Of a stretch of 64,000 nt of DNA, positions 34,073 through 44,330 are shown piece after piece (position 1 is the first letter of the stretch; each line of letters begins with the position of its first letter). The notes beneath the pieces are model-generated. The model saw only the letters and a program-made list of their open reading frames with translations. It searched no databases and was not told the DNA's origin. The DNA is from an uncultured Acidobacteriota bacterium (lineage in GTDB: Bacteria > Acidobacteriota > Terriglobia > UBA7540), in NCBI GenBank assembly GCA_963804995.1, contig CAWDSK010000006.1, forward strand, positions 1,536,001 through 1,600,000, read 5' to 3'. The position numbers were made by a program, and so were the translations under genes.

Positions 34073-35748
34073 TGACTACGGACCTCCCAATTTCGGGACA
34101 GCAGGAAACGCACCGGCCTGAGATCTCCGCGGAAAATGTGCGCTCCACACTCACCCGGCGCTCGCGTTGGTGGTTTTGGGGGGCAATGGCGTTGGCCTTT
34201 CTGCGAGTGCTACCGGCGCTGCGCTTTCCGATTGGGCGTGACGAGGCTACCTACGCCGTTATCGGTCAGGGCTTGCTGCGCGGTCAACTCCTCTACCGCG
34301 ACCTTTGGGACAATAAACCACCCGGCATCTTCTATATCTACGCGGTCATCGTGAAGATTTTCGGCCCGGTGATGTGGTCAATCGGAGTTGTCGACATTCT
34401 CTGGGTAATCGCGATCTCCCTCTGCATCTTCTTCTTTGCCAAGCGGTACTTGGGCGCGCCGGCCGCTGCTGTTTCCGTGGTCTTCAACGTGGTTTGGCAC
34501 TCATCGTGGGGTTACATTCACGCCGCGCAGCCGGACGATTTCCTGACCTTGTTCGTGTTCCTCGCATACTTCATCTTGATGTCGGAAAAAGCGCGGACCT
34601 GGACGGTCAACTTTGCCGCGGGCCTGGTGTGCGGTGCGGCATTCTGGGTAAAGTACAACGGTGCGCCGTTCTTCCCGGTATTGACCTTCCTGCCTTATCT
34701 CGACTTCAGCCGCTTTGACGAGCTGCCGCGGCGGGTGCGCTTGACCATTCCCTGGCCGCTATGGTTCAAACGTACGCTGGCCGTCGTGGCCGGCTTCGTG
34801 CTCGTGCTCCTCGCCGTCATTGTTTACTTCTGGGCCGTGGGCGCGTTGCCTGCCCTGATGGAGGTGCAATTCGAAGTTCTGCCGCGCTATGGGTCAATCT
34901 TCCTCGAACATATGCCGCGCTACTATTACTTTGCCATCGCCTTGACTCGCCTGCATCTGGGAGCGTGGACCGAGGCTGCCTTCGGAGCAACTTTGCTGGT
35001 TGCCTGGTGGCGGCGGCAACTGCGTGTCGTCGCGCCCGTGCTGCTGATGGCCATCGCGGGGTTTATCTGCACGGCCTCGCAGATTCGATTCAGCTCCTAC
35101 GCTTTTGAATCGGCCTTCCCTTTCTTCGCCATGCTCTGGGGGTACTTGACCGTTCAACTTTACGAGGGCTTTGTCTACCTGCGTGGTTTCTTCAACCGCC
35201 GGGGGTGGCGTTTGGCGAGTATCCTTTTGTGGCTGGTGGCGGCGGAGGTGGTCTACTACCCGCTTCCGGAGTACGCGTTTAGCATCGGGGAAGATTACCG
35301 GGCCCTGGCGGACTGGGTGCATAACCCGCAACTATCATACGAAAATTATCTTTTCCCCCATCCCCTTGAGAAGCTGCATGACCAGTTGGCAATTATCAAC
35401 TATGTGGAAAAGAATTCGGCGCCGGGGGAGGGAGTCTTTGTGTGGGGCACGGCTCCGCTGATTAATTTTCTGACGCAGCGTCCAAACCCCAGCCGTTTTG
35501 TCTCCAACTTTGCGCTGATTTCTCCCTGGGGACCGGCGCGCTGGCGACAGGAATTGATCGGAGAATTGCACCGGAAGCCGCCACGATTCATCGTCGTAGC
35601 GCGTCACGATAACATCCCCGTGGTGACGCTTACGAATGATGATTCCGAGCAATGCCTGAAAAAGTACCCCGCCCTGGCTGCGTTGATTGCGGAGGGTTAC
35701 GAAACGGCCGAAGACCTGCAGGATTTTGAGGTTTACCAAGTTAAATGA
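34072..35748 (+). CDS. GT-C glycosyltransferase (ArnT/PMT-like)
   Basis: RDEATY, YRDLWDNKPPG, about 12 TM helices; TAATG coupling. Confidence 0.85.
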   Translation: MTTDLPISGQQETHRPEISAENVRSTLTRRSRWWFWGAMALAFLRVLPALRFPIGRDEATYAVIGQGLLRGQLLYRDLWDNKPPGIFYIYAVIVKIFGPVMWSIGVVDILWVIAISLCIFFFAKRYLGAPAAAVSVVFNVVWHSSWGYIHAAQPDDFLTLFVFLAYFILMSEKARTWTVNFAAGLVCGAAFWVKYNGAPFFPVLTFLPYLDFSRFDELPRRVRLTIPWPLWFKRTLAVVAGFVLVLLAVIVYFWAVGALPALMEVQFEVLPRYGSIFLEHMPRYYYFAIALTRLHLGAWTEAAFGATLLVAWWRRQLRVVAPVLLMAIAGFICTASQIRFSSYAFESAFPFFAMLWGYLTVQLYEGFVYLRGFFNRRGWRLASILLWLVAAEVVYYPLPEYAFSIGEDYRALADWVHNPQLSYENYLFPHPLEKLHDQLAIINYVEKNSAPGEGVFVWGTAPLINFLTQRPNPSRFVSNFALISPWGPARWRQELIGELHRKPPRFIVVARHDNIPVVTLTNDDSEQCLKKYPALAALIAEGYETAEDLQDFEVYQVK

Positions 35749-37475
35749 CGGTTGCTTCCATACCCAAGCCCCAGCCCGGACGCGCCTGGTTACTTGCCGG
35801 GCTGGTGGTGGTTTTCCTGCGAGCGCTTCCCAACCTGCGCTTCCCTATCGGACGTGACCAAGCCACCTACTGCGTAATCGGGCAGGGTCTGCTGCACGGG
35901 CAACTGCTTTATCGTGACCTTTGGGATAACAAACCTCCCGGAATTTTTTATATTTACGCGCTGATCGTAAAGATTTTCGGGCCGGTGATGTGGTGCGTGG
36001 GAGCCGTGGATATCCTTTGGCTGCTGGTCATCTCCTGCTGCATTTTCTATTTCGCCCGCCGTTATATGGGCGCCCCGGCCGCGGCCCTGGCGATGGTCTT
36101 CAATGCTGTGCGGCACTGCCGGCAAGGGTACATCCACGCTGCGCAGCCCGAGACGTTCTTGATGCTCTGTGTGTTCGCGGCCTATTTTCTGTTGCAGGAA
36201 AGAGAACCCTCACCGGCCCTTGCGCCCCGGGCGCTCTCCCCCCAAGAGGGAGAAGTAGGGGCAAGCCATGGCGTGCCCTTACGACCATCCTCTCATCAAG
36301 AGTACGGGCAAGTTTGGACCCTGCGAATGGCGCGATGCTTTGCGGCGGGGATGATCCTGGGCGCGGGGTTTTGGCTGAAATACAACGCCGTGGCGTTTTT
36401 CCCTTTCGTCGCCCTGGTGCCGTTTTTGGATGTCCGGGAGTTGGATGAGGGCCTGGGCCGCGTCCGCCTGGCAATCCCCTGGGGGGACTGGTTCAGGCGC
36501 ATGCTGGTGGTGGGCGCGGGCTTCGTTTTCGCGGTCGCCGGGGTCCTGGCCTATTTCCGGGTTTCGGGCGCCTGGCCGGCTTTGATGGAAGTGCAGTTTG
36601 AAGTGCTGCCGCGCTACGGCGCCATGGTCTTTCATTGGGACCTCGCCTTCCTCCTTTGGGCTATCCGGCAAAGCCAATTCCACCTGGGATTCTTTGCCGA
36701 AATCATGGCGGCGCTCACTTTGTTGATCGGCTGGAGGCGCCGCGAGATGACCTGGGTCGCGCCCGCATTATTGCTGGGGTTCGCCGGATATGTTGCCGCC
36801 GCCATGCAGGGGCGTTTCCATGCCTATTATTTCGAAACGTGCTATCCCTTCTTTTCGATGTTCTGGGGATATGTGTGCGTCAAGACATACGAAGGCTTCA
36901 AATACCTTCGGCAGGTATTCGCTCGAAGGCAATGGGGCATGGCCCGCGCCCTGTTGTGGGTACTGCTGGCCTGCCTCGGCTCATCCTTGTTTCCGGAAGA
37001 GAGCATCCGGGTCGCCCAGCAATATCATTTCCTGGCGGACTGGTGGCGAAACCCGGAGATGTCCTACATCGTTTACTGGTGGCAACTCCCGCTTGATAAG
37101 CTCTCGGGGCAACTGCGGGTCATCCACTATCTCAAAGAAAACTCCAGCCCCGAGGATGAGGTTTACGTGTGGGGAACTGCTCCGCTCATTAATTTCTTGT
37201 CGCAGCGGAGGAATCCCAGCCGTTTCGTTTCCAACCTGGCGCTGATCTCCACCTGGGGGCCCCCCCGCTGGCGCCAGGAACTGGTTCGTACTCTGGAAAC
37301 GAAGCGCCCGCGCTATATCGTGGTGGCGCGCAACGACTCCATCCCCAGCGTTTCCTATACCCTCATGGACTCGGAACAATACCTCCAGGTCTATCCCGCC
37401 TTGCGTGACCTTTTGGATCGCCAATACCAGGTGGGCGTTAACTTCTGGGAATTCGAGGTTTATCAACGGAAATAG
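35745..37475 (+). CDS. GT-C glycosyltransferase, tandem paralog with repeat-derived loop
   Basis: RDQATY, YRDLWDNKPPG; colinear with the upstream paralog. Confidence 0.85.
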   Translation: MTVASIPKPQPGRAWLLAGLVVVFLRALPNLRFPIGRDQATYCVIGQGLLHGQLLYRDLWDNKPPGIFYIYALIVKIFGPVMWCVGAVDILWLLVISCCIFYFARRYMGAPAAALAMVFNAVRHCRQGYIHAAQPETFLMLCVFAAYFLLQEREPSPALAPRALSPQEGEVGASHGVPLRPSSHQEYGQVWTLRMARCFAAGMILGAGFWLKYNAVAFFPFVALVPFLDVRELDEGLGRVRLAIPWGDWFRRMLVVGAGFVFAVAGVLAYFRVSGAWPALMEVQFEVLPRYGAMVFHWDLAFLLWAIRQSQFHLGFFAEIMAALTLLIGWRRREMTWVAPALLLGFAGYVAAAMQGRFHAYYFETCYPFFSMFWGYVCVKTYEGFKYLRQVFARRQWGMARALLWVLLACLGSSLFPEESIRVAQQYHFLADWWRNPEMSYIVYWWQLPLDKLSGQLRVIHYLKENSSPEDEVYVWGTAPLINFLSQRRNPSRFVSNLALISTWGPPRWRQELVRTLETKRPRYIVVARNDSIPSVSYTLMDSEQYLQVYPALRDLLDRQYQVGVNFWEFEVYQRK

Positions 37476-37559
37476 GGAAGAGCTTACAGATCACCACCAA
37501 GACACCAAGGCACCAAGAAAACCCATTCCCAAGGAAAAGGAAAGAAAAGGGAAAGAAGA

Positions 37560-38042
37560 ATGAACCACCAAGACACCAAGGCACCGAGAGAGCCCATTCC
37601 CAGGGAAACGGATGAGGTTGCTACGAAAGTCGTCGATGCGGCATTTGCGGTGCATTCGGCGCTCGGCCCGGGCCTGCTGGAGAGCGTCTACGAGATCTGC
37701 CTGGTGCACGAACTGCAAAAGCGTGGGCTGAAAGTGGAACGGCAAGTCTTACTTCCCGTCGTCTACGACAACCTTCACCTCGATGCCGGATTGCGGCTGG
37801 ACCTGGTCGTGGAAAAGCAGGTGATTATGGAACTGAAAGCTGTCGAGACACTGTTGCCGGTTCACACAGCTCAATTGCTCACCTATCTCAAACTTTCCGG
37901 CCATCGGCTAGGTTTGCTAATAAATTTCAATAGCAGCCTCCTCAAGCAAGGGATCCACCGACTAGAGCGGTTTCGATTTAAGTGCTTACATATCCGCAAG
38001 AGGCGAAGAAGTTTGTGCACTCGCTTGGGGAGACCGTATTGA
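37560..38042 (+). CDS. GxxExxY protein (PD-(D/E)XK-like); last two codons displaced by IS630
   Basis: LGPGLLESVY, RLDLVV, ELKAV, AQLLTYL, GLLINF; pre-insertion end GIHRLAL* rebuilt with 38987-38995. Confidence 0.93.
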   Translation: MNHQDTKAPREPIPRETDEVATKVVDAAFAVHSALGPGLLESVYEICLVHELQKRGLKVERQVLLPVVYDNLHLDAGLRLDLVVEKQVIMELKAVETLLPVHTAQLLTYLKLSGHRLGLLINFNSSLLKQGIHRLERFRFKCLHIRKRRRSLCTRLGRPY

Positions 38043-38984
38043 GCAACTCCCCGATTTCCTTCCAGAGGGCCTCGATATCTCGTTTGGCGGCTTTGCGGAG
38101 CCGCGCCTTGAGTTTGGCAAAGAACTTTTCTATCGGGTTCAGATCGGGAGAGTAGGGTGGCAGAAAGAGTACGATGGCTCCGATCGCGGTGATCGCTTCC
38201 TGGACTCCCGCCACCTTGTGACTGCTGAGGTTGTCGAGGATCACGGTGTCTCCGGGTTGGAGCGTTGGGCACAGGAATTGACGCACATAAGCCAGAAACA
38301 TCTCGCCGTCCATCGGCCCGTCGGTGACCATGGGCGCGGTCAATCGGCGGCGGCGCAGGGCGCCCACAAAGGTCGTCGTCTCCCAATGCCCGTGCGGCGC
38401 CGAGTCGAGGCAACGCGTCCCTCTGGGCGCACGCCCGTAGCGGCGCGTCATGCTGGTCGATGTCCACGTTTCATCGATAAACACGAGTTTTTCGACTTCC
38501 ATCGTGGGCAGTGCTTGCCGCCACGCTCGGCGCGCCTGCTGCACGTCCTCGCGTTCTTGCTCGCTGGCGTGCAGCGTTTTTTTTGAAGGTAAGATTCCAT
38601 TTGTTCAACTGATGCCACAAGGCGCCGATCTTGATCGATACGCCTTGCTCGACCAGCCGTGCGCATAACTGGGCCAAGCTCAGACCCGGCTCCTGTTCGA
38701 TCCAGGCGCGCAGCACGGCCTCCATCTCCGCGACCCGCGAACGGCGATGCCCGCCGATCTGAAAACTGGTGCGGTTGCCCGTTTTCTGCTCCCGTCCCCG
38801 AACCTGGTAAACCCAGACGCGACTGACTTCCAGCCGCCGCGCAATCGCCGTCGGACGTTCACCGCGATCCAATGCCCATAACACCCGATCCCGCAAGTCC
38901 TGTGAATAAGATTGCATCCTTGCCTCCCCTCTACCGGCAGAGGCATCATAGCACATAATGTATACACTTAAATTAAAAACGCTC
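37965..38984 (-). mobile_element. IS630-family insertion sequence, 1020 bp
   Basis: TIR GAGCGGTTTCGATTTAAGTG / GAGCGTTTTTAATTTAAGTG (17/20); TA duplicated at 37963-37964 and 38985-38986. Confidence 0.93.
37978..38917 (-). CDS. IS630 transposase, OrfA/OrfB joined by -1 frameshift
   Basis: MQSYSQDLR HTH; A8 slippery run at 38577-38584; FIDET, DNLSSHK, LPPYSPDLNPIE. Confidence 0.93.
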
Positions 38985-39146
38985 TAGCCTTGTGATTCTC
39001 TTGGTATCTTGGTGGTTGATTTTTCTATTTTTTCCCGAGTGAATTGATTTTCTTGGTGCCTTGGTGTCTTGGTGGTTGCTTTTTCTTTCCCTTTTCTTTC
39101 CTTCGCCTTGGGAATAGGTTTTCGTGGTGCTTTGGTGTCTTGGTGG

Positions 39147-41648
39147 TTATATTTCCACCTTGCTGAAAGCGAGAACCACCATTGTGGCCAGGGTGAGCAG
39201 CGAAATAACCAGTCCGGCGCGCAGGCCGCGCTGGTGGTAGTCATAGCGGATCTCGTGACGGCCGGCGTCCGCGTAAACGGCGCGGAAGATTTGGTTGGCG
39301 CGCCAGACGGTGGCAGGGTGACCGTCGATCGTGGCTTCCCAACTGGGATCGTACCGGTCCAGCAGGACGACATAGCCGGGGCGGGAGAGTTGGGCCTGAA
39401 GGGTAACCGAGTAGGGATCGCGATGCACAATTTCGACCTGGCCGGCTGAGCCCTCGCCGCGCACCGTGGGCGCTGAGCCTTCCGGAGCAGCAAGAATCAC
39501 GGTGTTGAGCACGTCAAAATCCCGCGAGGCCAAGTGGTCGAGGGTCGCCGCGGAGTCCGTAGAGAACAACGAAGTGCCTGCCACGTAAGTCCGGGGAACA
39601 AAGCACAGGTCCTCATACAAACGGCTCGGCACGGAGGAGCCATTGAAGACGTTGCCCAGGGGCCGAGTGGCAGCCGTGTCTGCGGGCAGGGGCCGGATGA
39701 TGTACTTCACATTCGTGCGCCCCAGCAGGCAATCGACGCGCAAGGGATTCTCGGCCTGTTGGCTCTGGTAAATTTCGATGTCGTAGAGATAAGGCGGCAG
39801 CGAGCGCTCCAGGTCCAGGTTGATGCTGCCCTCGACTTGGTTAATCATGGAACCGGCGGCGAGCTGGGTCCGGGTCTGGAACGCCCCTTGCGCCATGGGT
39901 GGAAGGTCCGCAGCTTCCGGAACAGAGTCAAAATTGACAAAGGTTTGCAGGTTCTTGGTATCCGGCGTCAGAGTAATGGGCCAGAAGGAAGTGACGCGAT
40001 AGCTTCCGGGTGGGTCCTTGAACTCAGCCAGCACCGGAGGCCGATAGGTGAAAAAGCTTTTGGGTACGGTAGGGTTGGCGTCAGAGTTTACCATGACCAG
40101 TTGGGCCATCGCCAGTAACGCAAACCCATAGAGTCCTGGACGCGCCCACCTTGCCCTTTGCTCAAACCCGACGGCCAGAACAATTCCCCCCAAGCAGAAT
40201 CCGGCCAGGCCAGGCAGTTGGACCTGGAGCGTGGAGACAAGAAATTCCGGCATATGAAGAAGGTTAAATGGGGTTTCCCCGAGGGTGTTCAGCACGTGGC
40301 GGGTGGGCGACTCAATCAGCGTCGGCGCCAGCCAGGCGATGGCCAGGACGAAGACAATGGCGCCCAAGAGGACCTCGAGGGGCACGACCAGCCGCTGTCG
40401 GCGGGCCTTCCAGAGAGTTGTGGGCGAGAGCAGCGCGTCCAGCCCCCAGCCCGCCAGAATCGCCAGAAGGAACGTGACCATGACCAGCAGCTTGACGGGA
40501 TAGCGCACCACCGTCAGGGGCGGTATCAGCAGATACGCCAGGGAGAAGAAAGGTGTGAAGTGGCCAAAGGAAAGCAGCAGGAAAATACCGGCCGCGCCCA
40601 CCAGGAAGTTGCGCCGGCGGTCAGAGCCCAAAGCCCACCCGGCCAGCGCCAGGAAGAGCGGTATGAAGCCCAGGAAGACTGAAAGAAAGTAGGGAACGTT
40701 GCGGTCGGACATCAGCCACAGCCAGCCCGTGGGACCGGCAACGCCGGAGCCGAAGAAGTCCGGTATGATCATTTCCGGCAAGGAAAAGGGATTCACGGCC
40801 CAGTTGGCGGTCTCGCGAAAACGCAAGCCCTGCACGCCTCGACGCGAATGGCTGAGCAGGTCGGAGGCGGGCAGGAACTGGACTGCACAGAGCAATAACA
40901 TTCCAGTGCCCACCAGAAAGAAGATAGTGGCCAACCGGAAATTCGGTTTGGACCAAAGTTTGTTCCAGGCGCCGCAGCGATACATGGCGTAGGCGAACGA
41001 CAGCCCAAACGTCGCCAGCATGGTCAGCGGTTCCCCTGCCAGCCATTGGCAGGAAAAAATGCCAATCAGCAGCACCCACGGCCGGAACCGCCGGCTTTCC
41101 AAAGCCCGGTCGGTGGCGAGCAAGGCCCACGGAATCCAAGCTGCGCAGGCCGATTGATTGTAGAGGTCGCCGAGGGAAAGCACAGGCCCACTGAAGGTAA
41201 AAAAGAAAGCCGCAAAGAAGGCTGCCAGGTAAGTCTGTCCCCACCGGCGCGCCAGCACGTAGACTCCGATACCGGCCAGAGCAAAATGCACGATGAAGTG
41301 CAGCGTGTAGGCGATATCGGCCGGCAGCAGAACAATCAGGAGTGTAAAGGGATAGAAGAAGAGCAGGTTGGGATTGGCCAGCACCGCTTGCCCGTAGTTT
41401 AAATAAGGATTCCAGTAGGGAAGAAACCCCTGGTGGCAAATGTCATGAATGAACCGGGCGCTCGGGTAGGTGTAATTGTAAACGTCGCGATAAAAGAACA
41501 TCACGGAGGTGAAGATCACCCTCCAGAACATGCCGATGAGGCTCAAGACCAGCAGCGCCATCGCGGCCAAGTCACGGCGATTTAGTCGCAAAGGTTGCGG
41601 CGTCGCGTCAGGGGCTTCCGTTGCAGGGTGGGAATTGAGTGTCGCCAT
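39147..41648 (-). CDS. YfhO-like GT-C membrane protein
   Basis: RD..NYTYP, PYWNPYLNYG, many TM helices, C-terminal YDPSWEATIDG..RAV..GRHEI. Confidence 0.85.
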   Translation of the reverse strand: MATLNSHPATEAPDATPQPLRLNRRDLAAMALLVLSLIGMFWRVIFTSVMFFYRDVYNYTYPSARFIHDICHQGFLPYWNPYLNYGQAVLANPNLLFFYPFTLLIVLLPADIAYTLHFIVHFALAGIGVYVLARRWGQTYLAAFFAAFFFTFSGPVLSLGDLYNQSACAAWIPWALLATDRALESRRFRPWVLLIGIFSCQWLAGEPLTMLATFGLSFAYAMYRCGAWNKLWSKPNFRLATIFFLVGTGMLLLCAVQFLPASDLLSHSRRGVQGLRFRETANWAVNPFSLPEMIIPDFFGSGVAGPTGWLWLMSDRNVPYFLSVFLGFIPLFLALAGWALGSDRRRNFLVGAAGIFLLLSFGHFTPFFSLAYLLIPPLTVVRYPVKLLVMVTFLLAILAGWGLDALLSPTTLWKARRQRLVVPLEVLLGAIVFVLAIAWLAPTLIESPTRHVLNTLGETPFNLLHMPEFLVSTLQVQLPGLAGFCLGGIVLAVGFEQRARWARPGLYGFALLAMAQLVMVNSDANPTVPKSFFTYRPPVLAEFKDPPGSYRVTSFWPITLTPDTKNLQTFVNFDSVPEAADLPPMAQGAFQTRTQLAAGSMINQVEGSINLDLERSLPPYLYDIEIYQSQQAENPLRVDCLLGRTNVKYIIRPLPADTAATRPLGNVFNGSSVPSRLYEDLCFVPRTYVAGTSLFSTDSAATLDHLASRDFDVLNTVILAAPEGSAPTVRGEGSAGQVEIVHRDPYSVTLQAQLSRPGYVVLLDRYDPSWEATIDGHPATVWRANQIFRAVYADAGRHEIRYDYHQRGLRAGLVISLLTLATMVVLAFSKVEI

Positions 41649-41732
41649 CGAGCCTTTAGATGATCGAGTCTAATATAGCACTCCTGACCGCACAATCCTG
41701 CATGGGCAATTTGTTGGGGGGGTAAACAACTA

Positions 41733-41937
41733 GTGTGGTGTCCCGTGTTAGAGTTGACAATGGGTAGAACCCCCTCACCCGTCTGGCCTCGGCTGATGAG
41801 AACGCCTCGGCCAGCCACCCTCTCCCCCAAAGGGGCGAGGGCAAGGGAATTTACTCTCCCCTCGCCCCTTTGGGGGAGAGGGGATGGGGGGTGAGGGGGT
41901 CGGACAGCCTTGTCAAATATTAACCGGGACACCACAC
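41733..41937. mobile_element. MITE-1 copy, 205 bp
   Basis: Same TIRs and TA flanks as 29848-30052. Confidence 0.9.
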
Positions 41938-44009
41938 TAGCGCGCGGTGTAAGGCAAACTTTTGAGTTCCTCTTCTTCGGGAATCTGTTGCTGGTGTATA
42001 GAGGTTTCCGGGTCCGAACCGAAAAGAGCTTGCACTGAACCGGGAGGGGTAGTGCCGTCCGTGCGCGCCAGGCGAGGCTTTTTCGCTTCGAGGTCAGGCG
42101 AAAAATCTCGTCCGGCGAAGGCCAGCAAGTACCGCGTCTCACGCCAGGGACGGTAGGACCGTTTGATGTAGATTACCAGGCGCTCCTTGAGCTCTGCGCA
42201 CACTTTCTGTCCTTCCGGCGTAGAGGCGAGGTTTATTTGCTCTGAGGGGTCCGTCCTCCAGTGATAGAGTCGCGTGCGATTCTCACTGGGCGTGTAGATG
42301 AAGTGCCAATCGTCTGTCGTCAAACTGATCATTCCGTGGGGGCCGGAGGCAGGGAAAGGATCAAGGACCTCTGAAATCATTGCGTGGTCCCGATTCTCAC
42401 CCTGGTACCCAGCAGGCGTCCAGAACCGGCGCAAGCTTGTCCGATCAAAAAGGGGACCGTGTAAACCCGCCATTTCCATCACTGTCGCAAAGAGCTGCCG
42501 GGTTTGAACCACGTTGGAAATGCGCACCCCCTCTGGAATTCCCGGACCTGCGATGATGAGCGGGACGTGAAGCTCCTCGCGATAAAGGTCGAATCCGTGG
42601 CCGTAGCTATCGTGTTCGCCAAACGCCTCGCCGTGATCCGAGGTGAGAATAACGTAGGTGTTGGACCATTCCGGGGTGCTGGAAAGAGTATGCAGAAGGT
42701 CCTCCAACTGAGCGTCCATGTAATTCAGGCAATTGTCATAGGCGGCGATAACGCCCTCCCGCTCGCGCGGAGGAAAATACAGCCGTCCGAGTTTGGCCCT
42801 TTCTATCATATCGTTCGTTTGCTTATCGGTTTGCTCAGAAAAAAGGTGATTGTAGGGGGCAGGGACCTGGTAGGGCCTGTGCCCATCAATGTAGTTGACG
42901 TAGAGAAAGTAAGGGCGGTTATAGCGTTGCTCAAGCCAGCCCTTAATCTCTTGATTAATATATCGCGCACTGGCCTTATTGGGGCTACGGACACCGAACC
43001 ACGAAGGGCCATATTCGTCGGATAAAGTGCGGCCGAGAACGGAGGCACCCAAGTTGTAACCAAACGTCTCCGTGCTGTCCACATAGGTTTCGAAGCCTTG
43101 TGCCAGACCCCAGGTAGGTAGCCCATAATAAACGTTGCCACTAAAACCCGCCGTCTCGTAGCCGCGTGACGCAAGGATTTCCGCCAGCGTTCTCGGTCCA
43201 CCTCCTAAGGGTATATCGGAGCTCGCCCCGTGTTGGTGGGGCAGGAGACTGGTAAATATGGAGGCTATCGAGGGCAGCGTCCAGGACGAGGCCGAGTTAG
43301 CGTTCTCAAATAGCACGCCGCGCCGGGCAAGCTGGTCCAAATAAGGCGTGGTCTGGCGACGATAGCCATAGGAAGACAAATGGTCAGCGCGAGTTGTGTC
43401 CCACACAATCAGAATAATGTTGGGACCCGTCACGCTGCTGGCAGCATTCGCTTTGGCGCCTCCCCTAGGGTGGTAGAACCTATTGAGGGTCACTCCGGCT
43501 ACGAGAATGACTAAGCTTAGAGACACTCCCCAAGCCCACGACCGTAGCGGTATCTTCTCCAGAGCCCCGAACTCGGAACCCTGTTTTCTCGTTGCCCAGA
43601 GCATGAGCAAATTCCACGTAAAGATTGTTCCAAAGCAGATTTCTGGCGTCATGTAGGGATGCAGGACAATAAACCAGGGGCTTCCTTGCTGCGAAAACTG
43701 GAGCGCCCACCCAAAATAGGCGCCCGAGAGACCAAGAAGGGTTGCGACCAGAAACTTGACGATGAAGGGGTGCCGAAACCATGCGCCAAGAAGGCCTATG
43801 ATCAGGCCGAGTACCCCAAATGCCAGACAGGTCAGGAGAGGCGCTAAGAACCAAAAGAGCGGGGTTACAGCAGGCTTGTGAAAAAGTAAAGGTGCGTCTG
43901 TGAAATGCAAGAATGCAGCTTCAATGAGCCCGACGACAATCCCCACACTTGCACCCAGCAGGGTAGTTCTGCATATGACTCTTCTGAGACGGGCAAGTAT
44001 GGTTTCCAT
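41937..44009 (-). CDS. membrane-anchored sulfatase/alkaline-phosphatase-fold protein
   Basis: About 5 TM helices; PNIILIVWDTTRADH, SWTLPS, TSDHGEAFGEH, HVPLII. Confidence 0.9.
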   Translation of the reverse strand: METILARLRRVICRTTLLGASVGIVVGLIEAAFLHFTDAPLLFHKPAVTPLFWFLAPLLTCLAFGVLGLIIGLLGAWFRHPFIVKFLVATLLGLSGAYFGWALQFSQQGSPWFIVLHPYMTPEICFGTIFTWNLLMLWATRKQGSEFGALEKIPLRSWAWGVSLSLVILVAGVTLNRFYHPRGGAKANAASSVTGPNIILIVWDTTRADHLSSYGYRRQTTPYLDQLARRGVLFENANSASSWTLPSIASIFTSLLPHQHGASSDIPLGGGPRTLAEILASRGYETAGFSGNVYYGLPTWGLAQGFETYVDSTETFGYNLGASVLGRTLSDEYGPSWFGVRSPNKASARYINQEIKGWLEQRYNRPYFLYVNYIDGHRPYQVPAPYNHLFSEQTDKQTNDMIERAKLGRLYFPPREREGVIAAYDNCLNYMDAQLEDLLHTLSSTPEWSNTYVILTSDHGEAFGEHDSYGHGFDLYREELHVPLIIAGPGIPEGVRISNVVQTRQLFATVMEMAGLHGPLFDRTSLRRFWTPAGYQGENRDHAMISEVLDPFPASGPHGMISLTTDDWHFIYTPSENRTRLYHWRTDPSEQINLASTPEGQKVCAELKERLVIYIKRSYRPWRETRYLLAFAGRDFSPDLEAKKPRLARTDGTTPPGSVQALFGSDPETSIHQQQIPEEEELKSLPYTAR

Positions 44010-44108
44010 ACTCTAACGTTTTCCGGACGGGGAAACCTTTCCTTCAAGTGACCCAATTCACCGTTCGGATTTCGGAATCTTCAGTAGTCCCCTCAGCCCA
44101 AACCGCTA

Positions 44109-44330
44109 GTGTCGTGTCTCAGAAGTTCGCCGACAAAGTCTCACTGGGTTCAAAGGCGACCCCCTCACCCCCGGCCCCTCTCCCCCAAAGGGGCGAGGGG
44201 AGAGTTAATCTGAATTTGTCGCCCTCGCCCCTTTGGGGGAGAGGGTGGCCCGCCACCGGCGTTTTCATCAGCCGGGGCGGGACGGGTGAGGGGGTTCTCT
44301 AATAATCAGCGAACTTCTGAGACACGACAC
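44109..44330. mobile_element. MITE-2, 222 bp, TA duplication
   Basis: TIR GTGTCGTGTCTCAGAAGTTCGC/GCGAACTTCTGAGACACGACAC; family C interior; empty paralogous site near 47084. Confidence 0.9.

Larger units (their letters stand above)
37490..39150. mobile_element. putative GxxExxY cassette bounded by 100-bp inverted repeats (interrupted by IS630)
   Basis: 37490-37589 vs reverse complement of 39051-39150: 90/100 identical, ungapped. Confidence 0.65.
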
